A DNA stretch of 64,000 bases from an uncultured Oscillospiraceae bacterium (GCA_934533005.1 CAKTBC010000002.1:3702-67701), one strand, 5' to 3'. Shown: positions 28,119 through 38,293, numbered from the stretch's first letter. Made by a program: numbers and translations. Notes: a model not told the origin generated them from the sequence alone.

Positions 28119-28898
28119 ATGAACTTTTATGAGCAGACAAGCAGCTGCGTATCCCGCCTGTCCCCTACAGAGCAAAACCTGTTTAACTACATAATCAAAA
28201 ACCTGCATATCGTAAAGGACATGAGCATCCGCGACCTCTCCGAAAAGTGCTTTGTCTCCACGACATCGATCTTCCGTCTGGTGAAGAAGCTCGGCTATCA
28301 GGGCTACGCAGAGTTTTCTCAGGCGCTCCGCGATACAGAGGAGGAATCGCGGAAGATCCACATGCCCAGCATCGTCTCCGCCGACAATTACCGCGACAGC
28401 TATCTCAAAAACGTAATCGAGGCGGTGAAGGTCATCACGGACGAAAAGATCAACAAATTCAACGCCATCATGAACCGGAACCCCAATATATTCATTATTG
28501 CCGAGGGTTTGAGTCATGAGGTCGGACGATATCTTTACCGGCTGCTGACGATGATGGGCTTCAATGCCGAAATGCCGGACGAAGAGTTTGAGTTTGCCTC
28601 CGTCCTGCGCCGGATCAAGCGGGATGATGTTTTGCTTGTTCTCTCCTATACCGGAAACAACCGCAGCGTCATACAGAAGATCGAACGTATTTTCGCCATT
28701 GCCACACCGACGATCGTTTCGCTCACAAGAGCTGACAACAACACGATCCAGAACATGAGCGATCTGAATTTCTATGTTTTCGCCGACGAGATCGACTGTC
28801 AGGGCGCGGATGTTACGTCGCGATGCGGCATGATTGCCATAATGGAAACGCTCCTGTACAAGCGTCTTTCCGCTGATTCCAGTACAATTATTGTTTGA
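28119..28898 (+). CDS. MurR/RpiR-family transcriptional regulator (HTH_6 + SIS domain)
   Basis: N-terminal HTH MSIRDLSEKCFVSTTSIFRLVKKLGYQGY. SIS domain IFIIAEGLSHEVGRYL...LVLSYTGNN. GC content is lower than the flanks. Confidence 0.85.
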   Translation: MNFYEQTSSCVSRLSPTEQNLFNYIIKNLHIVKDMSIRDLSEKCFVSTTSIFRLVKKLGYQGYAEFSQALRDTEEESRKIHMPSIVSADNYRDSYLKNVIEAVKVITDEKINKFNAIMNRNPNIFIIAEGLSHEVGRYLYRLLTMMGFNAEMPDEEFEFASVLRRIKRDDVLLVLSYTGNNRSVIQKIERIFAIATPTIVSLTRADNNTIQNMSDLNFYVFADEIDCQGADVTSRCGMIAIMETLLYKRLSADSSTIIV

Positions 28899-28903
28899 TC
28901 TCC

Positions 28904-28944
28904 GTGCTGTGTTACGCAATTTGTAACACAGCACTTTTCTTTTT
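28904..28944 (+). terminator. Rho-independent terminator of the RpiR gene (the stem also carries the TGTTAC/GTAACA motif)
   Basis: 12 bp stem gtgctgtgttac/gtaacacagcac followed by ttttcttttt. Confidence 0.8.
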
Positions 28945-29076
28945 CCGGTGTTACATTCATCCAGCAAAATAGAGACATCCGAAAAAATCCATGGTACGAT
29001 GCAGGTGTAGCTTGTACAAGAAACAGCGATATTCTTCCGGCGAATTTGTGAATTATTCAGAAAGGAACGCAAAAAA

Positions 29077-30171
29077 ATGGCGAAGAGAATTGAAAGCACC
29101 CCGAAGGCTGACGGCTTCAGAATGCCCGGTGAGTTTGAGGAGCAGAAACAGATCTGGATGCTCTGGCCGGAACGTCCCGACAACTGGCGCAACGGTGCGA
29201 AGCCCGCGCAGAAGGTCTTTACCGAGGTTGCGAAGGCCATTGCTCAGTTTGAGCCGGTGACGATGTGCGTCAGCCCCGCGCAGTATCAGCATGCGCGCTA
29301 CATGCTTCCCGCCGAGGTCCGCGTTGTAGAAATGACGAGCAACGATTCCTGGATCCGTGACTGCGGCCCGACGTTCGTTATCAACGACAAGGGCGATGTC
29401 CGCGCCATTGACTGGGAATTCAATTCCTGGGGCGGTCTGGTCGACGGCCTGTATTTTCCGTGGGATCAGGACAATCTCGTTGCGCAGAAGGTCTGCGAGA
29501 TCGAGGGCGCCGACTCCTACCGTACCCCTGACTTCGTGCTCGAAGGCGGTTCCATCCATGTTGACGGCGAAGGCACTCTGCTCACGACCGAGATGTGCCT
29601 GCTCTCCGAAGGCCGCAACCCCGACATGAGCAAGGAAGAGATCGAGGCGAAGCTCAAGGAGTACCTCAATCTCGAAAAGATTATCTGGATCAAGGACGGT
29701 ATCGATCCTTACGAGACCAATGGCCACATCGACGATGTTGCCTGCTTCATCCGTCCGGGCGAGGTTGCATGCATCTGGACCGAGGATAATAATCATCCGT
29801 TCTACCAGCAGGCACAGGACGCTTACAAGACGCTCTGCGAGGCGACCGACGCCAAGGGCCGCAAGCTCAAGGTCCACAAGCTGTGCCTGACCAAGGAGCC
29901 CTGCTATCTCAAGGGCGCGGACACCATCGAGTGCATTGAGGGCACGATCCCGCGTGAAGAGGGCGAGGTCTCCATTGCTTCCTACATGAACTTTCTGATC
30001 GTCAACGGCGGCATCATCCTTCCGCAGTACGGCGACGAGAACGACGCGCTCGCCATTGAACAGGTCCAGGCCATGTTCCCGGAGCGCAAGGTCGTCGGCG
30101 TCCGCACCGAGGAAGTCGCCTACGGCGGCGGCAACATCCACTGCATCACCCAGCAGCAGCCCAAGGGCTGA
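29077..30171 (+). CDS. aguA: Agmatine deiminase
   Basis: MPGEFEEQKQIWMLWPERPDNWR, SNDSWIRDCGPTF, EGGSIHVDGEGT, NGHIDD, C-terminal GGGNIHCITQQQP (catalytic Cys). Confidence 0.92.
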   Translation: MAKRIESTPKADGFRMPGEFEEQKQIWMLWPERPDNWRNGAKPAQKVFTEVAKAIAQFEPVTMCVSPAQYQHARYMLPAEVRVVEMTSNDSWIRDCGPTFVINDKGDVRAIDWEFNSWGGLVDGLYFPWDQDNLVAQKVCEIEGADSYRTPDFVLEGGSIHVDGEGTLLTTEMCLLSEGRNPDMSKEEIEAKLKEYLNLEKIIWIKDGIDPYETNGHIDDVACFIRPGEVACIWTEDNNHPFYQQAQDAYKTLCEATDAKGRKLKVHKLCLTKEPCYLKGADTIECIEGTIPREEGEVSIASYMNFLIVNGGIILPQYGDENDALAIEQVQAMFPERKVVGVRTEEVAYGGGNIHCITQQQPKG

Positions 30172-30240
30172 AATCCGCTCGGCTGCCCCGCACCGTGCTG
30201 GGCAGCCGCCGGTGAAAATAAAATAAGAGGGAGAAATACT

Positions 30241-31593
30241 ATGGAAAACAGTAAAAAGGTAAGCCTTGTCGGTACGGTACTGTTTACCGTATGCAGCATT
30301 CTCGTGCTCGACTCGTTCGTCGCTCCGGCTATCATCGGCGTTTCCTCCATCACGGTATGGATCATCTCCGCGATCATCTTCTTTATCCCCTACGGTCTCC
30401 TGTCCGCTGAGCTCGGCAGCACCTACCCGGATGACGGCGGTATCGTCAGCTGGGTAGGCCGGGCTTTCGGCGAATTTCCCAGCGTCCTCGTCGGCTGGAT
30501 GTACTGGGTCAACGTGGCGTTCTGGATGCCCGCCGTTTTCACCGCGTTCTCCGGCTGGCTGAGTCTCGCTCTGTTCCCCGAAATGAGCATCATGCTTCAG
30601 GCGATCATCGCCGTCGCAATGTGCTGGGTCATCGTTTACATCGGCGTGAAGGGCATTGAGCTCTCCGTTCTCGTGTCGAACATCATGGCCGTCGTTAAGA
30701 TGGGCATCCTCGTGATTTTCGGCTTCATGGGCATTGCCTACGGCGTGAAAAACGGCTTTGCCAACGATTTCTCCATCGCCAACTGGGTGCCCACTATGGA
30801 CAACACGGTCACCTATATCGGTGCGATCGTCTACAACCTCCTCGGCTTTGAGCTGATCGGTTCCATCGGCTCCAAGATTGAGAATCCCAAGAAGACCGTT
30901 CCCAAGATGACGATCATTGCCGGCGCGGCCATCACGTTCCTTTACTGCTTCGGCACATTCGGCGTTCTCGCCGCGATCAACGCCGCCAATGTCGACGAGG
31001 TCGACGGCTTCGTCTACGCCCTGCAGGAGCTCTGCTCCGTCTTTGGCAGCGCGCAGATGCCCGTGTTCTACATCCTCATCGTTCTTGCCATCTCCACGCT
31101 GGTCGCCAACATGATCACTTGGTGCCTCGGCGCAAACGAGTCCTTCCAGGCCGCGGAGCTCGACAAGCGCTCCAAGTTCCTGGGCCACCGCAACGAGAAG
31201 TACGGCACATCCGACAATCTCTACTACCTCATGGGTGTCATCTCTTCCGTGCTTATCATTCTCAACTACTCGCTCAGCGGCAACGCGAACGAGGTTTTCT
31301 GGACGCTCTTCTCCTTCGCGTCGATCGTGTTCATGCTCAACTATCTCTTCATGTTCCCCGCGGCCATCAAGCTGAGATTCACCGACAATACGCCCCGCCA
31401 GTACGCCGTTCCGGGCGGGAAAGCCGGCATAGTCGTCTGCGGTGTTATCTGCTTCCTCTGCGTGGCGCTTGCGTGCTACTTCCTCATCGACTTTGACGTG
31501 ACCGGTTACGCCTTCTGGATGCAGCTCATCGGCGTACTGCTCACCGTCGCCGTCGGCTACTGGCTCTACCGCGCCGGAAAGAAAAAGAACTAA
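30241..31593 (+). CDS. APC-superfamily amino acid/polyamine permease, candidate agmatine:putrescine antiporter
   Basis: About 12 TM helices, N-terminal GTVLFTVCSILVLDSF...IPYGLLSAELGSTYPDDGG. Located between aguA and ptcA. Confidence 0.7.
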   Translation: MENSKKVSLVGTVLFTVCSILVLDSFVAPAIIGVSSITVWIISAIIFFIPYGLLSAELGSTYPDDGGIVSWVGRAFGEFPSVLVGWMYWVNVAFWMPAVFTAFSGWLSLALFPEMSIMLQAIIAVAMCWVIVYIGVKGIELSVLVSNIMAVVKMGILVIFGFMGIAYGVKNGFANDFSIANWVPTMDNTVTYIGAIVYNLLGFELIGSIGSKIENPKKTVPKMTIIAGAAITFLYCFGTFGVLAAINAANVDEVDGFVYALQELCSVFGSAQMPVFYILIVLAISTLVANMITWCLGANESFQAAELDKRSKFLGHRNEKYGTSDNLYYLMGVISSVLIILNYSLSGNANEVFWTLFSFASIVFMLNYLFMFPAAIKLRFTDNTPRQYAVPGGKAGIVVCGVICFLCVALACYFLIDFDVTGYAFWMQLIGVLLTVAVGYWLYRAGKKKN

Positions 31594-31632
31594 GGACAAA
31601 ACCGGCGGCTTTCGCTTCCGGAGGGATTGCGC

Positions 31633-33258
31633 ATGAAAACCAGAAAGATCGCCGCGGTGATGCTTTGCGTGCTTTCCGTGGTCGCCATTTTTTGCTTCCG
31701 GCTCATGTCGGCTCCGCTGACCGGCGCTGTTACCGCCGCGGAGCTGGGGAGCGCGCTCGGCGCGCTCTCCCTGCTCCCGACGGTGCTTGCCGTCGCTCTG
31801 GCGTTTCTGCTCGGCGATGTCGTAGTGTCGCTTCTCATCGGTCTGTCTGTCGGGGAGCTTATGCTTCTGCTCGTGACGGGTGAAAAGGGCGCAGCGCAAT
31901 TTTTGCAGATCGTTCCAAGCGTCATTGACGAACTGGTAGGCGTTGCCTCCGATACGGAAAACACCAAGGTGCTGATCCTGTGTGCGCTTGTCGGCGGACT
32001 GGTCGGCGTGCTGATGAAAACCGGCGGCTTTGAGGCCGCGGCAAAGCGGATCACAAAAAAAGTGAAAACGCCCCGCGGAGCCAATCTGCTCGGCCAGCTT
32101 TTCTGCGTACTGTTCTTCTTCGACGATTATGCAAACGCCCTGATCACCGGCCCCGTGCTCCGCCCGATCGCAGACAAAGTCGGGCTTTCCCGGGAACGGC
32201 TCGCGTACATCGTCGATTCAACGGCCGCGCCCGTGGCGGGTATCGCCGTGGTATCCAGTTGGGTCGCCGTGGAGTTGGCGGTCATCAGCAGCGGTCTGGA
32301 AACCGCCGGCATCGCAGATTCGGCTTTTCAGGTTTTCCTTCGCTCCATTCCCTATTGCTTTTACTGCATTTTTGCCCTTGTGTTTATGCTCATCACCAGT
32401 TTCACCGGCCGGGAGTTCGGCCCCATGCTCAAGGCGGAACGGCGTGCCAGAGCGTCCGCCGCTGCACTGTGCACACCGGCGGAGCTGGAGGAGGAAGCCG
32501 CTCATTCCAACCAAAAAAAGGAAATGGCCGGGATGCTTGTCGCCTTCGGCAGCATAGCGCTGCTCGTGCTGTACCTTGTTGTTTCGCTTCTCGCGAATCG
32601 CGGCGACACGATCACGCTTCTGCTGCGTTCAGCGTTCCTCAGCGGCATCGTCGCCATGGCCGCATCTGCGGCAGCGAAGCTCCTGCCCGCCGGAGAAGGC
32701 ATCAAAGCCTGGCTCGACGGCGTAGGGAACATTGTTCCCACGATCATCGTGCTGCTGCTTGCCTGGTCGCTTGCCGCGATCGTTGAAAAGCTCGGCACCG
32801 TGTATTTTGTCGTGGAGCTGATCGCATCGAAAGCCGCATGGCAGCTCGTTCCGGCCATCATCTTTGTATGCTGCTGTGCCGTCTCTTTCGCCGCAGGCAG
32901 TTATGGCTGCATGTTCATGGTCATGCCGATGGCGATCCCCATCGCCTGCGCCGTCATGGAAAACTCGCCCGGTATCGGCGCTCATTTTCTTCCGGTATGT
33001 GTGGCGTGTGTCCTCTCCGGCGGCATATTCGGCGACCACTGCTCCCCCATGACCGACTGCACGATCCTCGCAGCGCTCGGCAGCGGCTGCGATGTGATGG
33101 ATCATGCCGTCACGCAGATGCCATATGCTTTCACCGTTGCACTGGTCAGCATTTTCTGTATCATTTCCGCAACTCTCGGCTTCAGCGCCGTATATACGAT
33201 CGCGCTGGGGATACTGGTCCTCTCGGCCATCATTCTACTATTCGGAAAACAACCATGA
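31633..33258 (+). CDS. NhaC-family Na+/H+ antiporter-like membrane protein
   Basis: [44 protein letters not shown] and [19 protein letters not shown] motifs. ATG follows GGAGGG. Confidence 0.75.
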   Translation: MKTRKIAAVMLCVLSVVAIFCFRLMSAPLTGAVTAAELGSALGALSLLPTVLAVALAFLLGDVVVSLLIGLSVGELMLLLVTGEKGAAQFLQIVPSVIDELVGVASDTENTKVLILCALVGGLVGVLMKTGGFEAAAKRITKKVKTPRGANLLGQLFCVLFFFDDYANALITGPVLRPIADKVGLSRERLAYIVDSTAAPVAGIAVVSSWVAVELAVISSGLETAGIADSAFQVFLRSIPYCFYCIFALVFMLITSFTGREFGPMLKAERRARASAAALCTPAELEEEAAHSNQKKEMAGMLVAFGSIALLVLYLVVSLLANRGDTITLLLRSAFLSGIVAMAASAAAKLLPAGEGIKAWLDGVGNIVPTIIVLLLAWSLAAIVEKLGTVYFVVELIASKAAWQLVPAIIFVCCCAVSFAAGSYGCMFMVMPMAIPIACAVMENSPGIGAHFLPVCVACVLSGGIFGDHCSPMTDCTILAALGSGCDVMDHAVTQMPYAFTVALVSIFCIISATLGFSAVYTIALGILVLSAIILLFGKQP

Positions 33259-33271
33259 AAGGGTCGCAACA

Positions 33272-34285
33272 ATGAAAAAGGATTTTCTCACCGTAAACGA
33301 CTTTACCAAGGAAGAGCTGATGGACATCATCAATCTGTCCATCGCCATCAAAAAGTCCATCAGCTCCGGCTACAATCCCCCGCTCATGAAGGGCATGACG
33401 CTCGGCATGATCTTCCAGCAGTCCTCCACCCGTACCCGCTGCTCGTTTGAGACCGCCATGGAACAGCTCGGCGGCCACGCGCAGTATCTCGGGCCCGGCA
33501 TGATCCAGCTTGGCGGCCACGAGACGATCGAGGACACCGGCCGCGTTCTCTCCGGCCTGATGGATATCGTCATGGCTCGCGTTATTGAGCACAAGACCGT
33601 CGTCAGCCTGGCCAACGCCTGCACGATCCCGGTCATCAACGCCATGTCTGACTACACGCATCCCACCCAGGCGATCGCCGACGTAATCACTATGATGGAG
33701 CATCTGCCCGCCGGCAAAAAGTTTGAGGACTGCAAAGTTGTCTTTACCGGCGACGGCACGCAGGTCTGTGCTTCTCTCGGCTTCATCTGCAGCAAGCTCG
33801 GCGCGCACTTCGTCCATTACGGCCCCAAGACTGCCCAGCTCAATGAAGATCACAAGAAGATCCTCGAGGAGAACTGCAAGCTTTCCGGCGGCACGTGGGA
33901 AGTCACCGACGACCGCGACGCCGTCAAGGGCGCGGACTTTATCTACACCGATGTCTGGTACGGCCTTTACGAGAATGAAATGCCGAAGGAAGAGCGTGTG
34001 AAGCTCTTCGGCGACTATCAGGTCAACCGCGACATGATGCAGCTCGGCAATCTCGGCTGCAAGTTCCTGCATTGCCTGCCCTGCACCCGCGGCGAGGATG
34101 TCACGGACGAGGTCGCCGACTCTGCCGCTTCCCTGTGCTGGGAGGAAGCCTGGAACCGCCTCACCGCCATGCGCGGCCTTCTCGTGTACTTCACGCGGGA
34201 AAAGAAGCAGTTCTCCGAGCTCGCCAAGGCTGCTGCGAAGGCAGAGCTTGAATCCGTGCTCGACAGCATGGGCATTGTCTACTGA
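33272..34285 (+). CDS. ptcA: Putrescine carbamoyltransferase (ornithine carbamoyltransferase family)
   Basis: STRTR, HPTQ and HCLP motifs. DVWYGLY replaces the OTCase DxxxSMG loop. About 30 aa C-terminal extension. Agmatine deiminase pathway context. Confidence 0.8.
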   Translation: MKKDFLTVNDFTKEELMDIINLSIAIKKSISSGYNPPLMKGMTLGMIFQQSSTRTRCSFETAMEQLGGHAQYLGPGMIQLGGHETIEDTGRVLSGLMDIVMARVIEHKTVVSLANACTIPVINAMSDYTHPTQAIADVITMMEHLPAGKKFEDCKVVFTGDGTQVCASLGFICSKLGAHFVHYGPKTAQLNEDHKKILEENCKLSGGTWEVTDDRDAVKGADFIYTDVWYGLYENEMPKEERVKLFGDYQVNRDMMQLGNLGCKFLHCLPCTRGEDVTDEVADSAASLCWEEAWNRLTAMRGLLVYFTREKKQFSELAKAAAKAELESVLDSMGIVY

Positions 34286-34290
34286 GTGCC

Positions 34291-35229
34291 ATGGCGAGGA
34301 TCGTAATAGCGCTGGGCGGAAACGCCCTCGGCAATACGCCGGAAGAACAGAAGGCAAAGGTTGGCAATGCCGCCAAAACCATCGTCAAGCTTGTTGAGCA
34401 GGGTCATGAGCTGGTCATTGCCCACGGCAACGGCCCGCAGGTCGGCATGATCAATCTGGGTCTGAGCCACAGCGCAGCCGACGGCGTCATTAAAGCAGAG
34501 ATGCCGTTTCCCGAATGCGGCGCCATGAGCCAGGGCTATATCGGCTATCACCTCCAGAACGCCATTGCCCGCGAGCTTCATGCCAAGGGCATAGCGAAAA
34601 ACGTGGTGACGCTGGTCACGCAGGTGGAGGTTGACGCAGCAGATCCTGCTTTCAAAAATCCCACCAAGCCCATCGGCGCTTTCTACTCCGAAGCGGAAGC
34701 CAAAGAGAAGATGGCGGCAGATCCCACCTGTGTATTCAAGGAAGACGCGGGCCGCGGCTGGCGCAAGGTGGTCGCTTCCCCCATTCCGGTGGATGTGGTG
34801 GAAAAGGCGAGCATTTCCCATCTGGTCAATTCGGGTTTCCTCGTAATTGCCTGCGGCGGCGGCGGTATCCCCGTTGTGAAGCAGGGCGATGGCGACTATG
34901 TGGGCGTTCCCGCCGTGATCGACAAGGATTACGCCTCTGAGTGTCTTGCAGAGATCGTGGATGCAGAGTATCTCTACATTCTCACCGCGGTTGACAGAGT
35001 GTGCATCAACTTCAACAAGCCCGATCAGAAAGAGATCAAGGAAATGAGCTGCCAGGAGGCGGAAGAATATGCTCAGCAGGGTCAGTTTGCCCCCGGAAGC
35101 ATGCTTCCCAAGGTCAAGGCCAGCATGAAATTTGCCTCCTCCAAGTCCGGCAGAAAAGCGGTAATCTGTTCTCTGGAAAAAGCCGCGCTTGCCCTTTCCG
35201 GCGAGTCGGGAACGATCGTTAAAGAATAA
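34291..35229 (+). CDS. arcC: Carbamate kinase
   Basis: MARIVIALGGNAL...VIAHGNGPQVG...VIACGGGGIPV. Confidence 0.92.
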   Translation: MARIVIALGGNALGNTPEEQKAKVGNAAKTIVKLVEQGHELVIAHGNGPQVGMINLGLSHSAADGVIKAEMPFPECGAMSQGYIGYHLQNAIARELHAKGIAKNVVTLVTQVEVDAADPAFKNPTKPIGAFYSEAEAKEKMAADPTCVFKEDAGRGWRKVVASPIPVDVVEKASISHLVNSGFLVIACGGGGIPVVKQGDGDYVGVPAVIDKDYASECLAEIVDAEYLYILTAVDRVCINFNKPDQKEIKEMSCQEAEEYAQQGQFAPGSMLPKVKASMKFASSKSGRKAVICSLEKAALALSGESGTIVKE

Positions 35230-35399
35230 TTATTCGGCACAGCACCCGGTATATCGCCTCTCTTCGCGATATACCGGGTGTTGCCATGTTCCTATGGGAT
35301 TTTCCCGTAAGGACATTTTTTTGCTTTTGCTTCCTCCCCTTTTTCCGGTGAACGGGCTTGGCTTTTTTTGAAAAATCCTGCGCAAATTTTACAAAAGGA

Positions 35400-35428
35400 T
35401 TGCTATCTTCCGCTGGAATGACTAAAAT
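35400..35428 (+). promoter_or_regulatory. Sigma-A-type promoter of the kinase-nagA unit
   Basis: TTGCTA - 17 nt - TAAAAT. Confidence 0.45.
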
Positions 35429-35459
35429 AGACAGGAACAATTCACAGGGAGCATCTGTT

Positions 35460-36533
35460 ATGGATCAGGATAAATCGAACATTCTGCGTGCCTTCCGGCT
35501 GGACAGCGCGCCGGTCTCCTGCGAAGACTACGGCTGCGGGCACGTCAACGTCACCTTTCTCGTTGCGACCGAAACCGGGCGCCGGTATATTCTGCAAAAG
35601 ATCAACCATCACGCCTTCCGCAACGTGCAGGGTCTTTCGGAAAATATCGCTGCGGTAACGGAGTTTCTGCGCGCAAAGTCCGGCGATCCGCGCAGCGTCA
35701 TGGCGCTCATCCGTACAACGGACGGCGCGCCCCACATCTGCTATAAAGACGAATACTGGCGCGTATATGATTATGTGGACGGCACAATCTGTCTCCAGCA
35801 GCCGGAGACGGATGAGGACTTTTATCAGGCCGCCGTCGGCTTCGGCACGTTCGCGCAGCTTCTCTCCGACTTTCCGGCGGAAAAGCTGCATGAGACCATT
35901 CCGAATTTTCACAACACGCCCGACCGCTACCGCCTTTTCCGCAAAGCAATCGCGCGCGATGCTGCGCACCGCGCCGCAGCTGTACAGCCGGAGATCGACT
36001 TTGCTCTCGCGCGAGAGGCAGAGATGGCGACCATTCAAAACGCCCTTGCTGCCGGGGTAATCCCGCTTCGCGTTGCGCACAACGACACTAAGCTCAACAA
36101 CGTCCTTCTCGATGCCAAGACGCGAAAAGCGCTTTGCGTTGTCGATCTGGACACCGTGATGCCCGGCTCCAGTCTATACGACTTCGGCGATGCCATCCGC
36201 TACGGTGCTTCGACCGCAGCAGAGGACGAGCGCGAGCTCTCCAGGGTGGAGATGGATCTGGAGCTTTTCCGCGTTTTTACGCGCGGCTACGTCCGCGCCT
36301 GTCCGAATCTGACTCCCAGGGAGTTGGAGCTTCTGCCGCTGGGCGCAAAAACCATGACGATGGAGTGCGGCGTGCGGTTTCTCACCGACCATCTCGACGG
36401 CGATAAGTACTTCTCTGTTCACCGCGAAGGGCAAAATCTTGACCGCGCACGGACACAGTTCAAGCTCGCGGCGGATATGGAAAAAAAGTGGGACGATATG
36501 CAGCGCATCGTCGCCGAGGAAACGAAAGCGTAA
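35460..36533 (+). CDS. N-acetylhexosamine 1-kinase-like phosphotransferase (APH/NahK family)
   Basis: YGCGHVNVTF, YILQKIN, catalytic loop VAHNDTKLNNVLLD, DLDTVMPGSSLYDFGD. ATG follows AGGGAG. Confidence 0.7.
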   Translation: MDQDKSNILRAFRLDSAPVSCEDYGCGHVNVTFLVATETGRRYILQKINHHAFRNVQGLSENIAAVTEFLRAKSGDPRSVMALIRTTDGAPHICYKDEYWRVYDYVDGTICLQQPETDEDFYQAAVGFGTFAQLLSDFPAEKLHETIPNFHNTPDRYRLFRKAIARDAAHRAAAVQPEIDFALAREAEMATIQNALAAGVIPLRVAHNDTKLNNVLLDAKTRKALCVVDLDTVMPGSSLYDFGDAIRYGASTAAEDERELSRVEMDLELFRVFTRGYVRACPNLTPRELELLPLGAKTMTMECGVRFLTDHLDGDKYFSVHREGQNLDRARTQFKLAADMEKKWDDMQRIVAEETKA

Positions 36534-36578
36534 TTTCAACGGCTTGCCGGAAATTCAAGCATTGAGGAGGATATCATC

Positions 36579-37697
36579 ATGCTTTTTACCAATGCCAATC
36601 TGTTTGTTGACGGTCGCTTCCAGCGCGGCGCGTTTCGCGTGGAAAACGGCCGCTTCACAGCGATTACCCCCGATGCCGCCGGAGACGGGATCGACCTGCA
36701 CGGGCAGTATGTGATCCCTGGCCTGGTGGACATCCACAGCCACGGCAACTCCGGCGCGGATTTTTCCGACGGTGACTACGACGGGCTTGTCAAAATGGCA
36801 GCATATCTCGCAAAAAACGGCGTTACGAGCTTTGCACCCGCGTCCATGACGCTGCCGTATAACGTGCTCGAAACGGCCTACAGGACTGCCGCGGCATTCA
36901 AAAACGCCGCGCCCAAGGGCTGCTCGCGGCTCATGGGCATCAACATGGAGGGCCCCTTCTTCTCCGAAAAGAAGAAGGGCGCGCAGAACGCGAGCTATCT
37001 CCGGCTGCCGGACTATGCCGCGTTTGAGCTCCTGTACCACGCGTCCGAGGGCCTCCTCCGCGTCGCGGACGTTGCCGCAGAGCTGCCCGGCGCGGTGGAG
37101 TTCACAGAAAAGGCATCGAAGCTCTGCACCGTATCCATCGCGCACACAGACTGCACCTACGAGGAGGCCTGCGCCGTTTTTGACGCGGGAGCTTCCCATC
37201 TGACGCATCTTTATAATGCCATGCCCGGCATCCACCACCGCAAGCCCGGCCCCATCGGCGCGGGTTCGGAGCGCGATAACGTCGTCGCAGAGCTCATCTG
37301 CGACGGGTACCACATCCACCCCAGCGCCGTGCGGATGGCGTTCAAGCTTTTCCCCGGCCGCATCTGCCTTATCTCCGACGCGCTGCGCTGCTGCGGCATG
37401 CCGGACGGGCAGTATACGCTTGGCGGACAGGACGTTTTCCTCCAGGGCGGCGTTGCGAAGCTCGCCGACGGGACGATCGCCGGTTCCGCCGCCAACCTTT
37501 TCGAGTGCATGCAGCGCGCCATATCCTTCGGTATCCCGGCGGAACAGGCGATCTTGAGTGCAACGATCGTTCCGGCGCGCGAGATCGGGCGGGAGGCGGA
37601 GATCGGCTCCATCGCTGTCGGAAAGCTTGCCGACTTTGTGGTGTGCGATGCCACACTCAACCGGAGCGCCGTATATCTCGGAGGGGAGGCGCTATGA
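36579..37697 (+). CDS. nagA: N-acetylglucosamine-6-phosphate deacetylase
   Basis: PGLVDIHSHG, NMEGPF, IAHTD, THLYNAM, ELICDGYHIHP, SDA. Confidence 0.9.
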   Translation: MLFTNANLFVDGRFQRGAFRVENGRFTAITPDAAGDGIDLHGQYVIPGLVDIHSHGNSGADFSDGDYDGLVKMAAYLAKNGVTSFAPASMTLPYNVLETAYRTAAAFKNAAPKGCSRLMGINMEGPFFSEKKKGAQNASYLRLPDYAAFELLYHASEGLLRVADVAAELPGAVEFTEKASKLCTVSIAHTDCTYEEACAVFDAGASHLTHLYNAMPGIHHRKPGPIGAGSERDNVVAELICDGYHIHPSAVRMAFKLFPGRICLISDALRCCGMPDGQYTLGGQDVFLQGGVAKLADGTIAGSAANLFECMQRAISFGIPAEQAILSATIVPAREIGREAEIGSIAVGKLADFVVCDATLNRSAVYLGGEAL

Positions 37698-38293
37698 AGA
37701 GCTATGCAATCTCCCGGACGTCCGGCGCGCCCGACTGGGACGCGATAGCGCCGTTGCATGTAAACTGCGTGCTGTGGGAGCCGGACTGCGGCGTTCGCAT
37801 GGAGCAGAAGCTCTGCTATGACGATGCCGCGCTCTATGTTTTTCAACGCGCCTACGAATCTGACGTCCGCGCGGAATACACCGCTCCGCTCAGCCCTGTC
37901 CATGAGGACAGCTGCATGGAATTTTTCTTTTCACTCGCGAACGACGGACGTTATGCAAACTTCGAGATCAACCCAAACGCCTGCTTGGAGCTGAGCTTCG
38001 GGTCCGACCGGCACGAGCGCGTCCGGCTCTGCCACAAGGCGGAAGCGGAAACCTTCCGCCCGGTCTGTTCCCGGACACCGGACGGCTGGACGGCGGAATA
38101 CCGGATCCCACTCTCCTTTCTGCGCATCCTCTACCCGGAGTTTGCGCTGCGCTCCAGCATTTCCTTTCGCGCCAACTGCTATAAATGCGGCGATAAAACG
38201 GCACGGCCGCATTTTCTCGCATGGAATGCCGTGGAAACCCCGGCGCCCGATTTTCACCGCCCGGAGTTTTTCGGGGAAATGATTTTAGCCTGA
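37694..38293 (+). CDS. Carbohydrate-binding family 9-like (CBM9/DOMON-like) protein
   Basis: ATGA overlap with the nagA stop. EFFF...YANFEINPNA...FRANCYKCGD...PHFLAWN...PDFHRPEFFG resembles CBM9-like proteins. Assignment is from memory only. Confidence 0.5.
   Translation: MKSYAISRTSGAPDWDAIAPLHVNCVLWEPDCGVRMEQKLCYDDAALYVFQRAYESDVRAEYTAPLSPVHEDSCMEFFFSLANDGRYANFEINPNACLELSFGSDRHERVRLCHKAEAETFRPVCSRTPDGWTAEYRIPLSFLRILYPEFALRSSISFRANCYKCGDKTARPHFLAWNAVETPAPDFHRPEFFGEMILA

Noticed and set aside
27096-35229. Possible tRNA-Pro-associated genomic island carrying the agmatine cluster.
   Set aside because: No integrase, recombinase or transposase gene is present. I found no repeat of the tRNA 3' end downstream. 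Only the regulator gene is clearly AT-richer. This is kept as a remark within the AgDI finding.
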